DNA of 64,000 nucleotides from an uncultured Pelagibacteraceae bacterium (GCA_902518185.1 CABYFG010000004.1:30198-94197), one strand, 5' to 3'; positions 1-9,439 are shown, counted from the stretch's first letter. Translations and numbers: made by a program. Notes: generated from the sequence alone by a model not told the origin.

Positions 1-215
1 TTCATGATCACAATCTTTAAAAACCTGATTTATATGGATTATTGATATTTCATTATTTGCCAAAATTTTAGACTTTTGTGGAACATATTAAGTTTATTCA
101 ATATTAAATAATGAAAGTATATTCTTTAATTAAGTTAATAAAATTCAATAAATACAATTATTTATATATATTACTTAATCTAATACTTTAGATAATAGTA
201 AATAAATAATACCTA

Positions 216-1067
216 TTATTTAATTTTTTTTAAAAGCTTTTCTCTTCTAGAGATATAGATACCACTCAATACAATAATAAATAACCCTAAGAAAGTCCAG
301 TTATCAGGGAAATCACTAAAGAAATAATAGCCTATGATGATGTTGGTAATGATCTCAAAATAACTAAATGGAGCTAATTTAGAAGCATCAGCATACTTTA
401 GAGATAATATTAAAAATAAATGACCTACACAGGCAAATACACCTATAGCAGCCATCATTGACCACTGATTAATTGTCGGTTTAATCCAAACAAAAGGCAT
501 TACAGATGAAATAATAACAGCTCCCACTACACCAGTTAACAATAAAGTTAACAACGGGTTGTCTGAAGTACTCAATTTACGAGTAATAATTAAATAAAAA
601 CCATACATTAATCCTGTCCCAAGAGCGGAGACACTTGCTGAATTAATTTCTACAAAACCAGGTCTTATAACAACCAAGGATCCTATAAATCCTATAATTA
701 CAGCAAACCACCTTCTAAAACCCACTTTTTCGCCTAAAAAAATTGGAGAGAACGCAGTAACAATTAAAGGTGCAATAAATGCTAATGTTAATGCTTTCGC
801 CAGAGAGATAACTGAAATTGCATAAAAAAAACAAATATTAGCGCTTAAAAGTATTAACCCTCTTAGAAATTGTAATTTAGGTTTATCCGTCCAAACAAGA
901 TTTTTTCGAAAAAAGAAAAACATAATTGGAAAAGTGAAAGCTACAGTAAAAAAATATCTAGCCCATGTAATCTGTAATACTGGAAGATCTGCACTTAAGT
1001 ATTTAGCGAATCCATCCATAATTGGAAGCATTATCCATGCTAAAAGGTTAAAAGTTATCGCCTTCAT
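216..1067 (-). CDS. DMT/EamA family transporter
   Basis: 283 aa, about 10 hydrophobic segments, EamA motifs (QFLRG, APLIVTAFSPIFLGEKVG, ASKLAPFSY). Confidence 0.9.
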   Translation of the reverse strand: MKAITFNLLAWIMLPIMDGFAKYLSADLPVLQITWARYFFTVAFTFPIMFFFFRKNLVWTDKPKLQFLRGLILLSANICFFYAISVISLAKALTLAFIAPLIVTAFSPIFLGEKVGFRRWFAVIIGFIGSLVVIRPGFVEINSASVSALGTGLMYGFYLIITRKLSTSDNPLLTLLLTGVVGAVIISSVMPFVWIKPTINQWSMMAAIGVFACVGHLFLILSLKYADASKLAPFSYFEIITNIIIGYYFFSDFPDNWTFLGLFIIVLSGIYISRREKLLKKIK

Positions 1068-1085
1068 TAAATAAATAAACTTAGA

Positions 1086-1727
1086 TCATATTTTTTTCCA
1101 ACAAAAAAAAGTAATCAAAAAATTAATCTTAATTAAAAAAAAATAATTCCATGAAACGATATTTTTGAAATTTGGATAATCAACTACTTTATAGATAACG
1201 AGAGGTAATAAAATTAAACCTAAAGCAGATAAAAGTATATTAAAATAAAATTTGAAATTAACAATTGAAATATATGAAAATAAATTAAATTTTTTTCTAA
1301 AAGAGATTGAAAGTAATAATTCAGATATAACAATAAAAAAAATATATATAAAAATACCTATTCGTCTAAAAAATCTATAGTAATCCCCTTCTCCAAGAAA
1401 AATGATATATAAAGAAAAGAAAAATATAGAAAAGATTCCTAGAATATATGATAATTTATATATGAAAGAATTTTTATTTTCTGAGATCAAAAGATAATTA
1501 TACCTCCAATATAAAAAAGTAAAAAAAATAGAAATAAACATTAATGTCTTAAAAAAAAAATTTACAGGTGGATATCTACCTACTTGTGAGATAGATGTAC
1601 AACCATCAATATTTGGAATACAAAAGTTTACGTAATTAAGTTTAATTGAAAAAAAATAAGACGACAAAACTGTAAAAACAGGTAATATAAAACATAAGAT
1701 AGATATAAGCCTTATTTTATTTATCAT
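1086..1727 (-). CDS. Hypothetical integral membrane protein (about 6 TM, loop motif CIPNIDGCTSISQVGR)
   Basis: 213 aa hydrophobic ORF; start overlaps the AEC stop by 1 nt. Confidence 0.75.
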   Translation of the reverse strand: MINKIRLISILCFILPVFTVLSSYFFSIKLNYVNFCIPNIDGCTSISQVGRYPPVNFFFKTLMFISIFFTFLYWRYNYLLISENKNSFIYKLSYILGIFSIFFFSLYIIFLGEGDYYRFFRRIGIFIYIFFIVISELLLSISFRKKFNLFSYISIVNFKFYFNILLSALGLILLPLVIYKVVDYPNFKNIVSWNYFFLIKINFLITFFCWKKI

Positions 1728-2629
1728 TAATAAAAATATTTTAATGCCAAAAATACTACTAAAGGTATTGTAATAAATGACATTAAAGTAGATACAACTA
1801 TTGTACTTGCAATACTATCAACAACTTTTTTTGGTGAATACATGCTACCAACTAGGTAATTTAATATAGCACTCGGCATTGCGCTTTGTATTAACAATAC
1901 ACCTGCGGCAAGTCCTGATAAATTAAAATTATGAATGATAATATATGCTATAACTGGCCCTAGTGTTACACGACAAAGGGACATTATTATCGAGTTTTTT
2001 AATGAAAATTTAAATCGTGTTAATGCGATACCTAAAGCCATTAAAACTAAAAAAATAGTTGCATAGGTTAATAAAAATGTGGTGTTCTCTAAAAATATTG
2101 GTGTTTTGATTTCAAAATATAAGAAAAGAACCGATATAATAATTGCGTATACTGGTGGACTTTTTACAAGAATATCAAAAGAAAAATTCTTTTTTGCTAA
2201 AAAAACACCTAGTGTAAAGTGAAATAATATGATGACAGAAGCTACAGCAGAAGCTACACCTAATCCCTGGGTTCCATAGGCAAAAAGGCAAATAGGAACA
2301 CCCATATTACCTGTGTTCGGGAGTATTAATGGTGGTAGCTCCATACTCAAATCTTTTTTAAGTAAAAAAAGCAATATCAATCCAATAACTGCGAAACCAG
2401 CTATCATAATTATAGCATAGAAAAAATAGTGTACAAAAATACTTAAAGTGATTCCAGTAGTTGTTACTGTATAAAAGATCATCGCTGGCGTACCTATATT
2501 ACCTGCAAAATTAGTAATAAAATTTGTATCAAACTTTGGATTTTTTTTCCCAAGATAGTAGCCAATACCAATTACAAAAAATACAGGAAAAATAACTTCA
2601 AAAATTTTAATATAGATTTCCATTATCAA
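1727..2629 (-). CDS. AEC (auxin efflux carrier) family transporter
   Basis: PNTGNMGVPICLFAYG and IQSAMPSA motifs; about 10 TM. Confidence 0.88.
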   Translation of the reverse strand: MIMEIYIKIFEVIFPVFFVIGIGYYLGKKNPKFDTNFITNFAGNIGTPAMIFYTVTTTGITLSIFVHYFFYAIIMIAGFAVIGLILLFLLKKDLSMELPPLILPNTGNMGVPICLFAYGTQGLGVASAVASVIILFHFTLGVFLAKKNFSFDILVKSPPVYAIIISVLFLYFEIKTPIFLENTTFLLTYATIFLVLMALGIALTRFKFSLKNSIIMSLCRVTLGPVIAYIIIHNFNLSGLAAGVLLIQSAMPSAILNYLVGSMYSPKKVVDSIASTIVVSTLMSFITIPLVVFLALKYFY

Positions 2630-3918
2630 CTATAAAGTCTAATTAATATTGGAGCCTTAGTTATATTCTTATTTTTTTTTAGTAAATTAATACAATTTTT
2701 AGATTTTAATTCTGATGTTTTGTGAGTGATAATAACAATTGTAGCTTTTTTATTTTTTCTGTCTGGAGTTTGAATAATTCTTTGAATAGAAATCTTATGT
2801 TTGGCTAGATTATTAGTAATAGATGATAAAACACCAGGTCTATCTTTTACCTCAAATCTTAAATAAAGTGAGTTTGAATAGTTATTATTATCAAAATTTG
2901 TAATTTTTTTTCGTTTTAACGAACTTACACCAAAAGGTTTTTTAATATTTCCTCTTAGTATAGATAACAAATCAGATAATAATGAAGATGACGTAGGACC
3001 TGGACCAGCCCCCTCTCCTTGTAAAACACTTTGACCTATCGGTTTTCCCTCTAAAATCACAGCGTTCATAACACCATTTACATTTCCGATATAAGAGTTC
3101 TTATTTACTAAACATGGATGTACAGTTTCGAATAATTTATTATCTTTAATCTCACTTATTCCCAATAATTTAATACGTAGACCCAGTTGTCCAGCAATAT
3201 TAATATCTTTCAAATCAATATTTTCTATTCCTTCCATGATACATTTATTTTTTGAAATTTTATTATTAAAAGATAAAGCTGATAATATTCTTACTTTTGC
3301 AAAAGCATCAAAACCATTTAAATCTAATTTTGGATTATTCGGTTCAGCATAACCAAGAGATTGTGCTTTTTTCAAAACCTTATTAAATGATTGATTGCTC
3401 TTTTCCATTTCAGTTAAGATATAGTTTGTTGTACCATTTAGTATTCCATAAACCTTTTTTATTTTATTAGTTGCTAAACCCTCTTTAATAGTTCTTAAAA
3501 TTGGAATACCACCAGCAACTGATGCCTCAAATTCTAAATTAACTTTATTTTTTTCTGCTAAATTAGCTAGAAAATCTCCATGTTTAGCAATTAAAGCTTT
3601 GTTCGGAGTAATAACATGAACTTTTCTTTTTAGAGCCATCTCTACAATCTTTTTTGAGATACCATCTGACATGCCAACAACTTCAAATAAAATATCAATT
3701 TTTTTATCTTTTAAAATCTTAAGTGGGTTTGAATAAAAAATCTTTTTATCTATTTTAAATTGTCTTTTTTTATTTTTATTTTTAGCTGAGATAGCTACAA
3801 TATTAATCTTTTTACCCGTCTTATTTTCAATATCTTTTACTTTCAGTTTTAATTCTTTGTATAAATAACTACCTATCTGTCCTAGTCCAATTATTGCGAT
3901 ATTTAATGTTTTATTCAT
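2626..3918 (-). CDS. hom: Homoserine dehydrogenase with C-terminal ACT domain
   Basis: GLGQIG NAD motif, FEASVAGGIP, GILNGTTNYIL, GAGPGPT, ACT DRPGVL. Confidence 0.95.
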   Translation of the reverse strand: MNKTLNIAIIGLGQIGSYLYKELKLKVKDIENKTGKKINIVAISAKNKNKKRQFKIDKKIFYSNPLKILKDKKIDILFEVVGMSDGISKKIVEMALKRKVHVITPNKALIAKHGDFLANLAEKNKVNLEFEASVAGGIPILRTIKEGLATNKIKKVYGILNGTTNYILTEMEKSNQSFNKVLKKAQSLGYAEPNNPKLDLNGFDAFAKVRILSALSFNNKISKNKCIMEGIENIDLKDINIAGQLGLRIKLLGISEIKDNKLFETVHPCLVNKNSYIGNVNGVMNAVILEGKPIGQSVLQGEGAGPGPTSSSLLSDLLSILRGNIKKPFGVSSLKRKKITNFDNNNYSNSLYLRFEVKDRPGVLSSITNNLAKHKISIQRIIQTPDRKNKKATIVIITHKTSELKSKNCINLLKKNKNITKAPILIRLYS

Positions 3919-4089
3919 TTAATCATCTATATTAGGATATGGATTTTTAATAGCATATTCGTCAAGTTTAACTTTAAATTCCTCGAAGCTAAGGTCATCT
4001 GAAAATTCAAATTTATATGAAGAATCTTTTTTACTCAAATTTGAGCAACCATAAAGCAATAAAGCAATAAAAATAGTTCTTATAATCAT
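3919..4089 (-). CDS. Small putative lipoprotein, 56 aa (absent from the ORF track)
   Basis: Read manually: MIIRTIFIALLLYGCSNLSKKDSSYKFEFSDDLSFEEFKVKLDEYAIKNPYPNIDD*. ATG overlaps the argC TGA (ATGA); TAA abuts the hom ATG; fills the gap exactly. Confidence 0.75.
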   Translation of the reverse strand: MIIRTIFIALLLYGCSNLSKKDSSYKFEFSDDLSFEEFKVKLDEYAIKNPYPNIDD

Positions 4090-5108
4090 TTTAGACCTTC
4101 ATCTTTTTTAAAATTAAATTTCAAATTCATATTTTGAACGGCCTGACCAGCTCCACCTTTAATCAAATTATCTATCGCTGATAATATTATTATATTTTTT
4201 TTATTATTTGTTTTACAAACTGATATAAAACATGAATTTGTGTTAATTACATCATTTGTACTTATCATGGTATCATTCTTTAAAATTTTTATATAATTTT
4301 GATTTCTATAAAAGATTTTAAGTGTAGAATATATGTTATTTATCGAAATACCATTTTTTAAATTCAAATAAATTGTGCTTAGGATTCCTCTGAACATGGG
4401 AGAAATATGTGGTGTAAATGTTAAATCAATTTTAAAATTTGTGTATTTTTTAAGTTCTTGAAAAATTTCCGAATTGTGTCTGTGAAAACCTACTCCATAT
4501 GCACTTAAAGACTCATATAAATTTTGGTTCTTATATTTTTTATGGACCCCTCTTCCGGCTCCTGAGTAACCAGATTTTGAGTCAACTATGATATCATTAT
4601 TAATTAATCTTTTTTTTTGAATTATTGGAATTAATGGTAATAATATTGAGGTAGGATAACATCCAGGACAACTTATTATTTTAAAATTTTTTACTTTATC
4701 TTTTGTTATTTCAGGTAAAGCATAAATACTTTTTTTATTATTTGTAATTGCTTTATGTTTCTTTTTGTACCATTTTAAATAATCAGAAGCTTTTTGAAGT
4801 CTAAAATCTGCTGCAAGATCAATTAAAGTATTTTTTTCTAATAAAATTTTTGAAATTTTTTGGGCCTGACCATTAGGTAGTGCTGTAAATATAATATCAA
4901 TATTCTCTAAAAGACCTTTTCTAAACTTCTTTATAGTCGGTAATTTTGTCCCTTTTAATGATTTGTCAAAATGAGAAATTTTTTTTCCTATAGAGGAATT
5001 TCCACATAAATACATTATTTTTATGTTTTTATGTTTTATAAGTAATTTAATTAATTGAATACCAATGTATCCAGTTGATCCAGCGATTAAAACATTTAGC
5101 TTACGCAT
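4086..5108 (-). CDS. argC: N-acetyl-gamma-glutamyl-phosphate reductase
   Basis: GSTGYIG, DLAADFRL, PGCYPTS, SGYSGAG, DNLIKGGAGQAVQNMN. Confidence 0.96.
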   Translation of the reverse strand: MRKLNVLIAGSTGYIGIQLIKLLIKHKNIKIMYLCGNSSIGKKISHFDKSLKGTKLPTIKKFRKGLLENIDIIFTALPNGQAQKISKILLEKNTLIDLAADFRLQKASDYLKWYKKKHKAITNNKKSIYALPEITKDKVKNFKIISCPGCYPTSILLPLIPIIQKKRLINNDIIVDSKSGYSGAGRGVHKKYKNQNLYESLSAYGVGFHRHNSEIFQELKKYTNFKIDLTFTPHISPMFRGILSTIYLNLKNGISINNIYSTLKIFYRNQNYIKILKNDTMISTNDVINTNSCFISVCKTNNKKNIIILSAIDNLIKGGAGQAVQNMNLKFNFKKDEGLK

Positions 5109-5141
5109 TTTTTATTATAACAGTTAATTATTAAAAAAAAA

Positions 5142-5579
5142 TTATCTTTTAGAAAATTGAAAGCTTCTTCTTGCTTTTTTTCTACCAGGCTTTTTTCTTT
5201 CAACTGCCCTGGAGTCTCGAGTGGTTAATTTTTCAGTTTTTAGTGAAGATTTAAAACTTTGATCAAACATAACTAAGGCTTTGGAAATACCGTGAACCAA
5301 TGCCCCGGCTTGTCCAGTTGGACCACCACCTTTTACACTGCATCTTACATCGTATTGAGTTGCTTGATTTATAATTTCAAAAGGTCGTACTATTTGCATT
5401 TTATGATTTTCACTTGAAAAATATTCACTGAACAATTTCCCATTTACATAGATTTTACCAGAACCTTTTTTAAGCCAAACTTTTGCTATGGATTTTTTTC
5501 TTCTCCCAGTTGCGTATTTGCTATCTTTAAAATCAAGCTTGATTTTCTCTTTTTTTGCAGTGATTTGAGTATTTTCCAT
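5142..5579 (-). CDS. rpsI: 30S ribosomal protein S9
   Basis: ATGRRK, GGGPTGQAGA, C-terminal ERKKPGRKKARRSFQFSKR. Confidence 0.98.
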   Translation of the reverse strand: MENTQITAKKEKIKLDFKDSKYATGRRKKSIAKVWLKKGSGKIYVNGKLFSEYFSSENHKMQIVRPFEIINQATQYDVRCSVKGGGPTGQAGALVHGISKALVMFDQSFKSSLKTEKLTTRDSRAVERKKPGRKKARRSFQFSKR

Positions 5580-5580
5580 A

Positions 5581-6039
5581 CTAATTTCTTAATACATTTT
5601 TTTTATTTAATTTTTGTATCTCTATGATCGTTGGATTTTGAGCTGAATGAGGATGCTCATTTCCAGGATATATTTTTAGTTTACTAAGTTGGTTCTTACC
5701 CAAAACTCCGCCTGGTAGCATTCTTTTAACTGCTAATTTTAGAACTTCACCTGGTTTTTTTTTATGTAATGATTCTGGTGTTGATTCTTTAATTCCTCCC
5801 GGATGACCTGTATGTCTAAAATATTTTTTATTCTTAAATTTATTTCCAGTAAATTTTATCTGTTCAATATTTTTTACAATAACAAAATCCCCATCATTCA
5901 TATGGGGTGTATAAGTGGTTTTATTTTTTCCTCTTAAAATAAGTGATATTAATGAAGCTAATCTCCCTACTATGGCGTTCTTTGCATCAATCTCATACCA
6001 TTTGGCATTAATGTCAGCTTTTTTAACAAATTTTGTCAT
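5581..6039 (-). CDS. rplM: 50S ribosomal protein L13
   Basis: GRLAS, YTPHMNDGD, HTGHPGG, HPHSAQNP. Confidence 0.98.
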   Translation of the reverse strand: MTKFVKKADINAKWYEIDAKNAIVGRLASLISLILRGKNKTTYTPHMNDGDFVIVKNIEQIKFTGNKFKNKKYFRHTGHPGGIKESTPESLHKKKPGEVLKLAVKRMLPGGVLGKNQLSKLKIYPGNEHPHSAQNPTIIEIQKLNKKNVLRN

Positions 6040-6048
6040 GAAGCCGGA

Positions 6049-6077
6049 TTAATACTTACAAAAGTCCTCGTTGTCAA
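6049..6077 (-). promoter_or_regulatory. Putative sigma70 promoter of the rplM-rpsI operon (TTGACA-N17-TATTAA), near-leaderless
   Basis: Perfect -35 at 6077-6072; -10-like hexamer at 6054-6049; only 9 nt to the ATG; no SD. Confidence 0.6.
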
Positions 6078-6099
6078 TTTATTAGATATCAAAAAAGAC

Positions 6100-6163
6100 T
6101 ATAATAATTGATAAATTGTGTTAGTTTCTAACAATTAAACAAAATTTTTATATCTATAAGGAG
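6100..6163 (+). promoter_or_regulatory. metY leader: TATAAT -10 box, TGTTAG-N3-CTAACA palindrome, AAGGAG RBS
   Basis: TATAAT at 6100-6105; inverted repeat at 6119-6133 (6114-6136 with a bulge); AAGGAG ends 5 nt before ATG 6169. Confidence 0.55.
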
Positions 6164-6168
6164 ATTAA

Positions 6169-7500
6169 ATGACAGATAAGAAAAAAGGTACAGACTCAAA
6201 AACTTACAAGTTTGATACATTAAGTTTACATGCAGGGTATCAGCCACATAAAAATGCTGGATCTAGACAAGTACCAATTTATCAAACAACTTCCTACCTT
6301 TTTGACGATGTAGACCATGCTGCAGCCCTTTTTAATTTAGAGAGAGGTGGGCATATTTATAGCAGAATATCAAACCCAACAGTGGCTGTCTTAGAGGAAA
6401 GAGTTGCTTCGTTAGAGGGTGGAACAGCTGCGTTAGCGACATCTTCAGGTATGAGTGCAATTTTTTTAGCAGTTATGACATTATGTGAAGCTGGGGATCA
6501 TTTAGTTGTATCATCTCAATTATATGGAGGCACAGTAAACTTATTTAGGCTTACACTTCCAAAATTTGGTATCAAAACCACTTTTGTTAAGCCAAGAGAC
6601 ACAGAGGGGTTTAAAAAAGCGATACAAAAAAACACTAAAGGAATTTTTGGTGAACTTGTAGGTAACCCGGGGAATGAAATAATGAATATGCCTGAAATTG
6701 GTAAAATTGCTCATGAGGCTGGTATACCTTTGATGATTGATGCTACTTATCAAACACCATACTTGTGTAAACCAATAGAACACGGAGCTGATATTGTTGT
6801 TCATTCACTAACAAAATGGATGGCTGGACATGGTTCTTCAATGGCTGGCATAATTGTTGAGGGTGGCAAATTTGATTGGATGCAAAATGATAAATTTCCA
6901 ACAATGACACAACCTTATGAGGGTTATCATGGATTATCTTTTGCAGAAGAATTTGGTCCAACAGCTTTTACCATGAAGGCAAGAGCTGAAGGAATGAGAG
7001 ATTTTGGACCATGTTTGAGTCCTCAGAACGCGTGGAATGTATTACAAGGTATAGAAACATTATCTGTTCGAATGCAAAAACACTGCTCTAATGCAGAAAA
7101 AATGGTTAAATATCTTTTAGAACATGACAGCGTAGCATGGGTTTCTCATCCTAGTGTTCCTGATCACCCTGATCATGATCTTGCAAATAAATTACTTCCA
7201 AATGGTAAGGGATCAATGATTGCGTTCGGTATTAAAGGTGGTAAGGAAGCGGGTGAAGCATTCATTAACAATGTTAGATTAGCTTCCCATCTAGCTAATG
7301 TTGGGGATACTAGAACTTTAGTTATTCACCCTGCATCTGCCACACACTCACAAATGGATGAGGCTACATTAAAATTTGCGGGTTTATCTCATGATATGAT
7401 CAGATTATCTGTGGGTATTGAAGATATAGATGATATTAAGAATGATTTTGAAAATGGATTCAGAGCTGCTAGGAAACCTAGACTCGTATCCAATCAATGA
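6169..7500 (+). CDS. metY: O-acetylhomoserine aminocarboxypropyltransferase (MetY-type PLP sulfhydrylase)
   Basis: VPIYQTTSYLF, YSRISNPT, PLP-Lys motif HSLTKWMAGHG, HLANVGDTRTLVIHPASATH, IRLSVGIE. Confidence 0.92.
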   Translation: MTDKKKGTDSKTYKFDTLSLHAGYQPHKNAGSRQVPIYQTTSYLFDDVDHAAALFNLERGGHIYSRISNPTVAVLEERVASLEGGTAALATSSGMSAIFLAVMTLCEAGDHLVVSSQLYGGTVNLFRLTLPKFGIKTTFVKPRDTEGFKKAIQKNTKGIFGELVGNPGNEIMNMPEIGKIAHEAGIPLMIDATYQTPYLCKPIEHGADIVVHSLTKWMAGHGSSMAGIIVEGGKFDWMQNDKFPTMTQPYEGYHGLSFAEEFGPTAFTMKARAEGMRDFGPCLSPQNAWNVLQGIETLSVRMQKHCSNAEKMVKYLLEHDSVAWVSHPSVPDHPDHDLANKLLPNGKGSMIAFGIKGGKEAGEAFINNVRLASHLANVGDTRTLVIHPASATHSQMDEATLKFAGLSHDMIRLSVGIEDIDDIKNDFENGFRAARKPRLVSNQ

Positions 7501-8312
7501 AATTTCAAGTCAATAATAATGAAGTTTATGCCTCCACAGGAGGCAGACCATTTGACAAAAATAAACCATTGATAATTTTTGTTCATGGAAGTGGTTTGAC
7601 ACATATGACATGGGTACTTCAAACAAGATATTTTGCATTTCATGGTTATAGTGTTCTTGCTTTAGATATGCCAGGTCATGGTCTATCGGGTGGTGAAAGT
7701 TTAAAATCAATTGAGGAGATGGCTGATTGGATAAGTGATGTAATAGATGCGGTAGGATATAAAGAAGCCTCATTAGTTGGTCATTCACAAGGTTGTTTGG
7801 TTACAGTAGAGTGCACAGCAAGAAATCCAAAAAAAATAAAGACCTTAAGTCTTATGGGTGGTGCTGGTGCTATACCAATGAATCCAGAATTATTATCTTT
7901 AGCTGAAAATAATGATCCAAAAGCAGTAGAACTAATGATGGACTGGGCTCATGGTCCTGCTGGTCATTTTGGAGGACATCCTGTTCCAGGATTATATCAT
8001 TTAAATACAGGATCTATGTTAGCAAAAACAAGAACAATTAAAAATACTCTTGGTGTAGATTTTAGAGCATGTGATAATTATAAAAATGGCTTTGACGCTG
8101 CAAAAAAAATTAAAATACCCACTCTATCTATACTCGCAACAGATGATAAAATGTGTCCAGTAAAAGAAGGAAAAAAACTTGCTAATTTAATTAGTGGAAG
8201 CCAAGTTGATATCATTGATAATTGTGGTCATATGATGCTTCTAGAAGAGGCAGATAGAGTTCTTAAGGTTTTAAAAAAATTTATAACAACATATTATCCA
8301 GTAAATAAATAA
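7497..8312 (+). CDS. Alpha/beta-fold hydrolase, substrate unknown
   Basis: HG oxyanion motif (FVHGSG), DMPGHG, nucleophile GHSQG, Asp (TDDKM), His (CGHMM); ATGA overlap with metY. Confidence 0.9.
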   Translation: MKFQVNNNEVYASTGGRPFDKNKPLIIFVHGSGLTHMTWVLQTRYFAFHGYSVLALDMPGHGLSGGESLKSIEEMADWISDVIDAVGYKEASLVGHSQGCLVTVECTARNPKKIKTLSLMGGAGAIPMNPELLSLAENNDPKAVELMMDWAHGPAGHFGGHPVPGLYHLNTGSMLAKTRTIKNTLGVDFRACDNYKNGFDAAKKIKIPTLSILATDDKMCPVKEGKKLANLISGSQVDIIDNCGHMMLLEEADRVLKVLKKFITTYYPVNK

Positions 8313-8326
8313 AATTTACTACTTAA

Positions 8327-9439
8327 ATGAAAACAAATTTTAGATTTTTTGATAATAGACAAAAATATCTTCTTTTTGTAACTACAACTAATGAAAAAAA
8401 TAGAATTGCTGACGTTATAAAACCCATTGTGAATAAACTAAATCCCAAGTATCCAGCACTCAAAATATTTGACGCGGGAATGGGAGATGGATCTTTATTA
8501 ATGAATGTAATGAGACAATGTCATCAAAAAATGCCTCATATTCCCCTATTTGTTTCAACAAAAGAAATAAGCATGGAAGATGTAAGACTTGGGCTAGAAA
8601 AACTGCCTGACAGATTCGTTGAACATAAGAATACTGTTTTTGTAATATCGAATTTAAACTACGTAGAGTCAACATCTCTAAAATCTAATGATAAAATTAA
8701 ACAAAAGAAAATAAATTGGAAAATAGTCAAATTAAAAGGAACATCCTCTTTAGATTTTGCAAATCAACTAAGAAAGCTGAACAGAGGTTTTTTAAATAAA
8801 AAATGGCAGATAGAAAGAAATAGCAAAACAGGTAATCCTACCTATAAAGAACCATCAGTTATAATTATATATAGAAAAGACCAAGAGTTTTCTTTAAAAA
8901 GTATTATTCCAAAAAAAAATAATGGAAAAACTTTTTTTGATTTAATAATTGCATCTCAACCGTATAGATCCAGAATTCCAGCAGAAAAAAAGGTTAAATA
9001 TGTCATTAATCCAATGATTAGGTCATTAGAAAAAAAAGGGAAGTTAGTTGTAGTGCATGCATGTGGAAATGATCCAGCTAATAAAATAATTAAAAAAATT
9101 TGGCCTAATGAAAATCCATTTCCAACATTATTCGAATCAATATTGAGTTTTATAAAAAAGGATACAGACAAAAAAATTTTGAAAAATTTAAAATTTTCAA
9201 AAAAGAAAAAATTTAAATACGTTCTAAGAGCACTGCCCAATGAAATATCTGGGGGAATCGCAACATCATTAATATTTTCAGCGTGGAATGCATCTGTCTA
9301 TGTCAACCAAATATCTGATGAGCAAATTATGAAAGCTGAAAGAAATAACGATTATCAAAAGATTGTAAAAAAAGTAGTAAATCAACATAAAGGTTTATAT
9401 TTCAATAATGAAATATTTATTATTGAAAAAAAAAATTAA
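8327..9439 (+). CDS. Hypothetical protein with class I SAM-methyltransferase-like motifs
   Basis: KIFDAGMGDG resembles motif I; FDLIIASQPY resembles motif IV; 370 aa; 14 nt after the hydrolase. Confidence 0.7.
   Translation: MKTNFRFFDNRQKYLLFVTTTNEKNRIADVIKPIVNKLNPKYPALKIFDAGMGDGSLLMNVMRQCHQKMPHIPLFVSTKEISMEDVRLGLEKLPDRFVEHKNTVFVISNLNYVESTSLKSNDKIKQKKINWKIVKLKGTSSLDFANQLRKLNRGFLNKKWQIERNSKTGNPTYKEPSVIIIYRKDQEFSLKSIIPKKNNGKTFFDLIIASQPYRSRIPAEKKVKYVINPMIRSLEKKGKLVVVHACGNDPANKIIKKIWPNENPFPTLFESILSFIKKDTDKKILKNLKFSKKKKFKYVLRALPNEISGGIATSLIFSAWNASVYVNQISDEQIMKAERNNDYQKIVKKVVNQHKGLYFNNEIFIIEKKN

Noticed and set aside
1-215. Very AT-rich stretch; a minus-strand frame from TTG 63 (MANNEISIIHINQVFKDCDHE) runs off the window
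   Set aside because: Too short and truncated to support a CDS; no recognisable RNA structure
1551-1560. A/T homopolymers of 9-10 nt in several genes as phase-variation switches
   Set aside because: Expected from Lys/Phe codons in very AT-rich DNA; all affected frames are intact
6041-6047. AAGCCGG resembling the 5' flank of a remembered SAM-V sequence
   Set aside because: No downstream pairing elements; it lies next to the rplM start, upstream of the likely metY promoter
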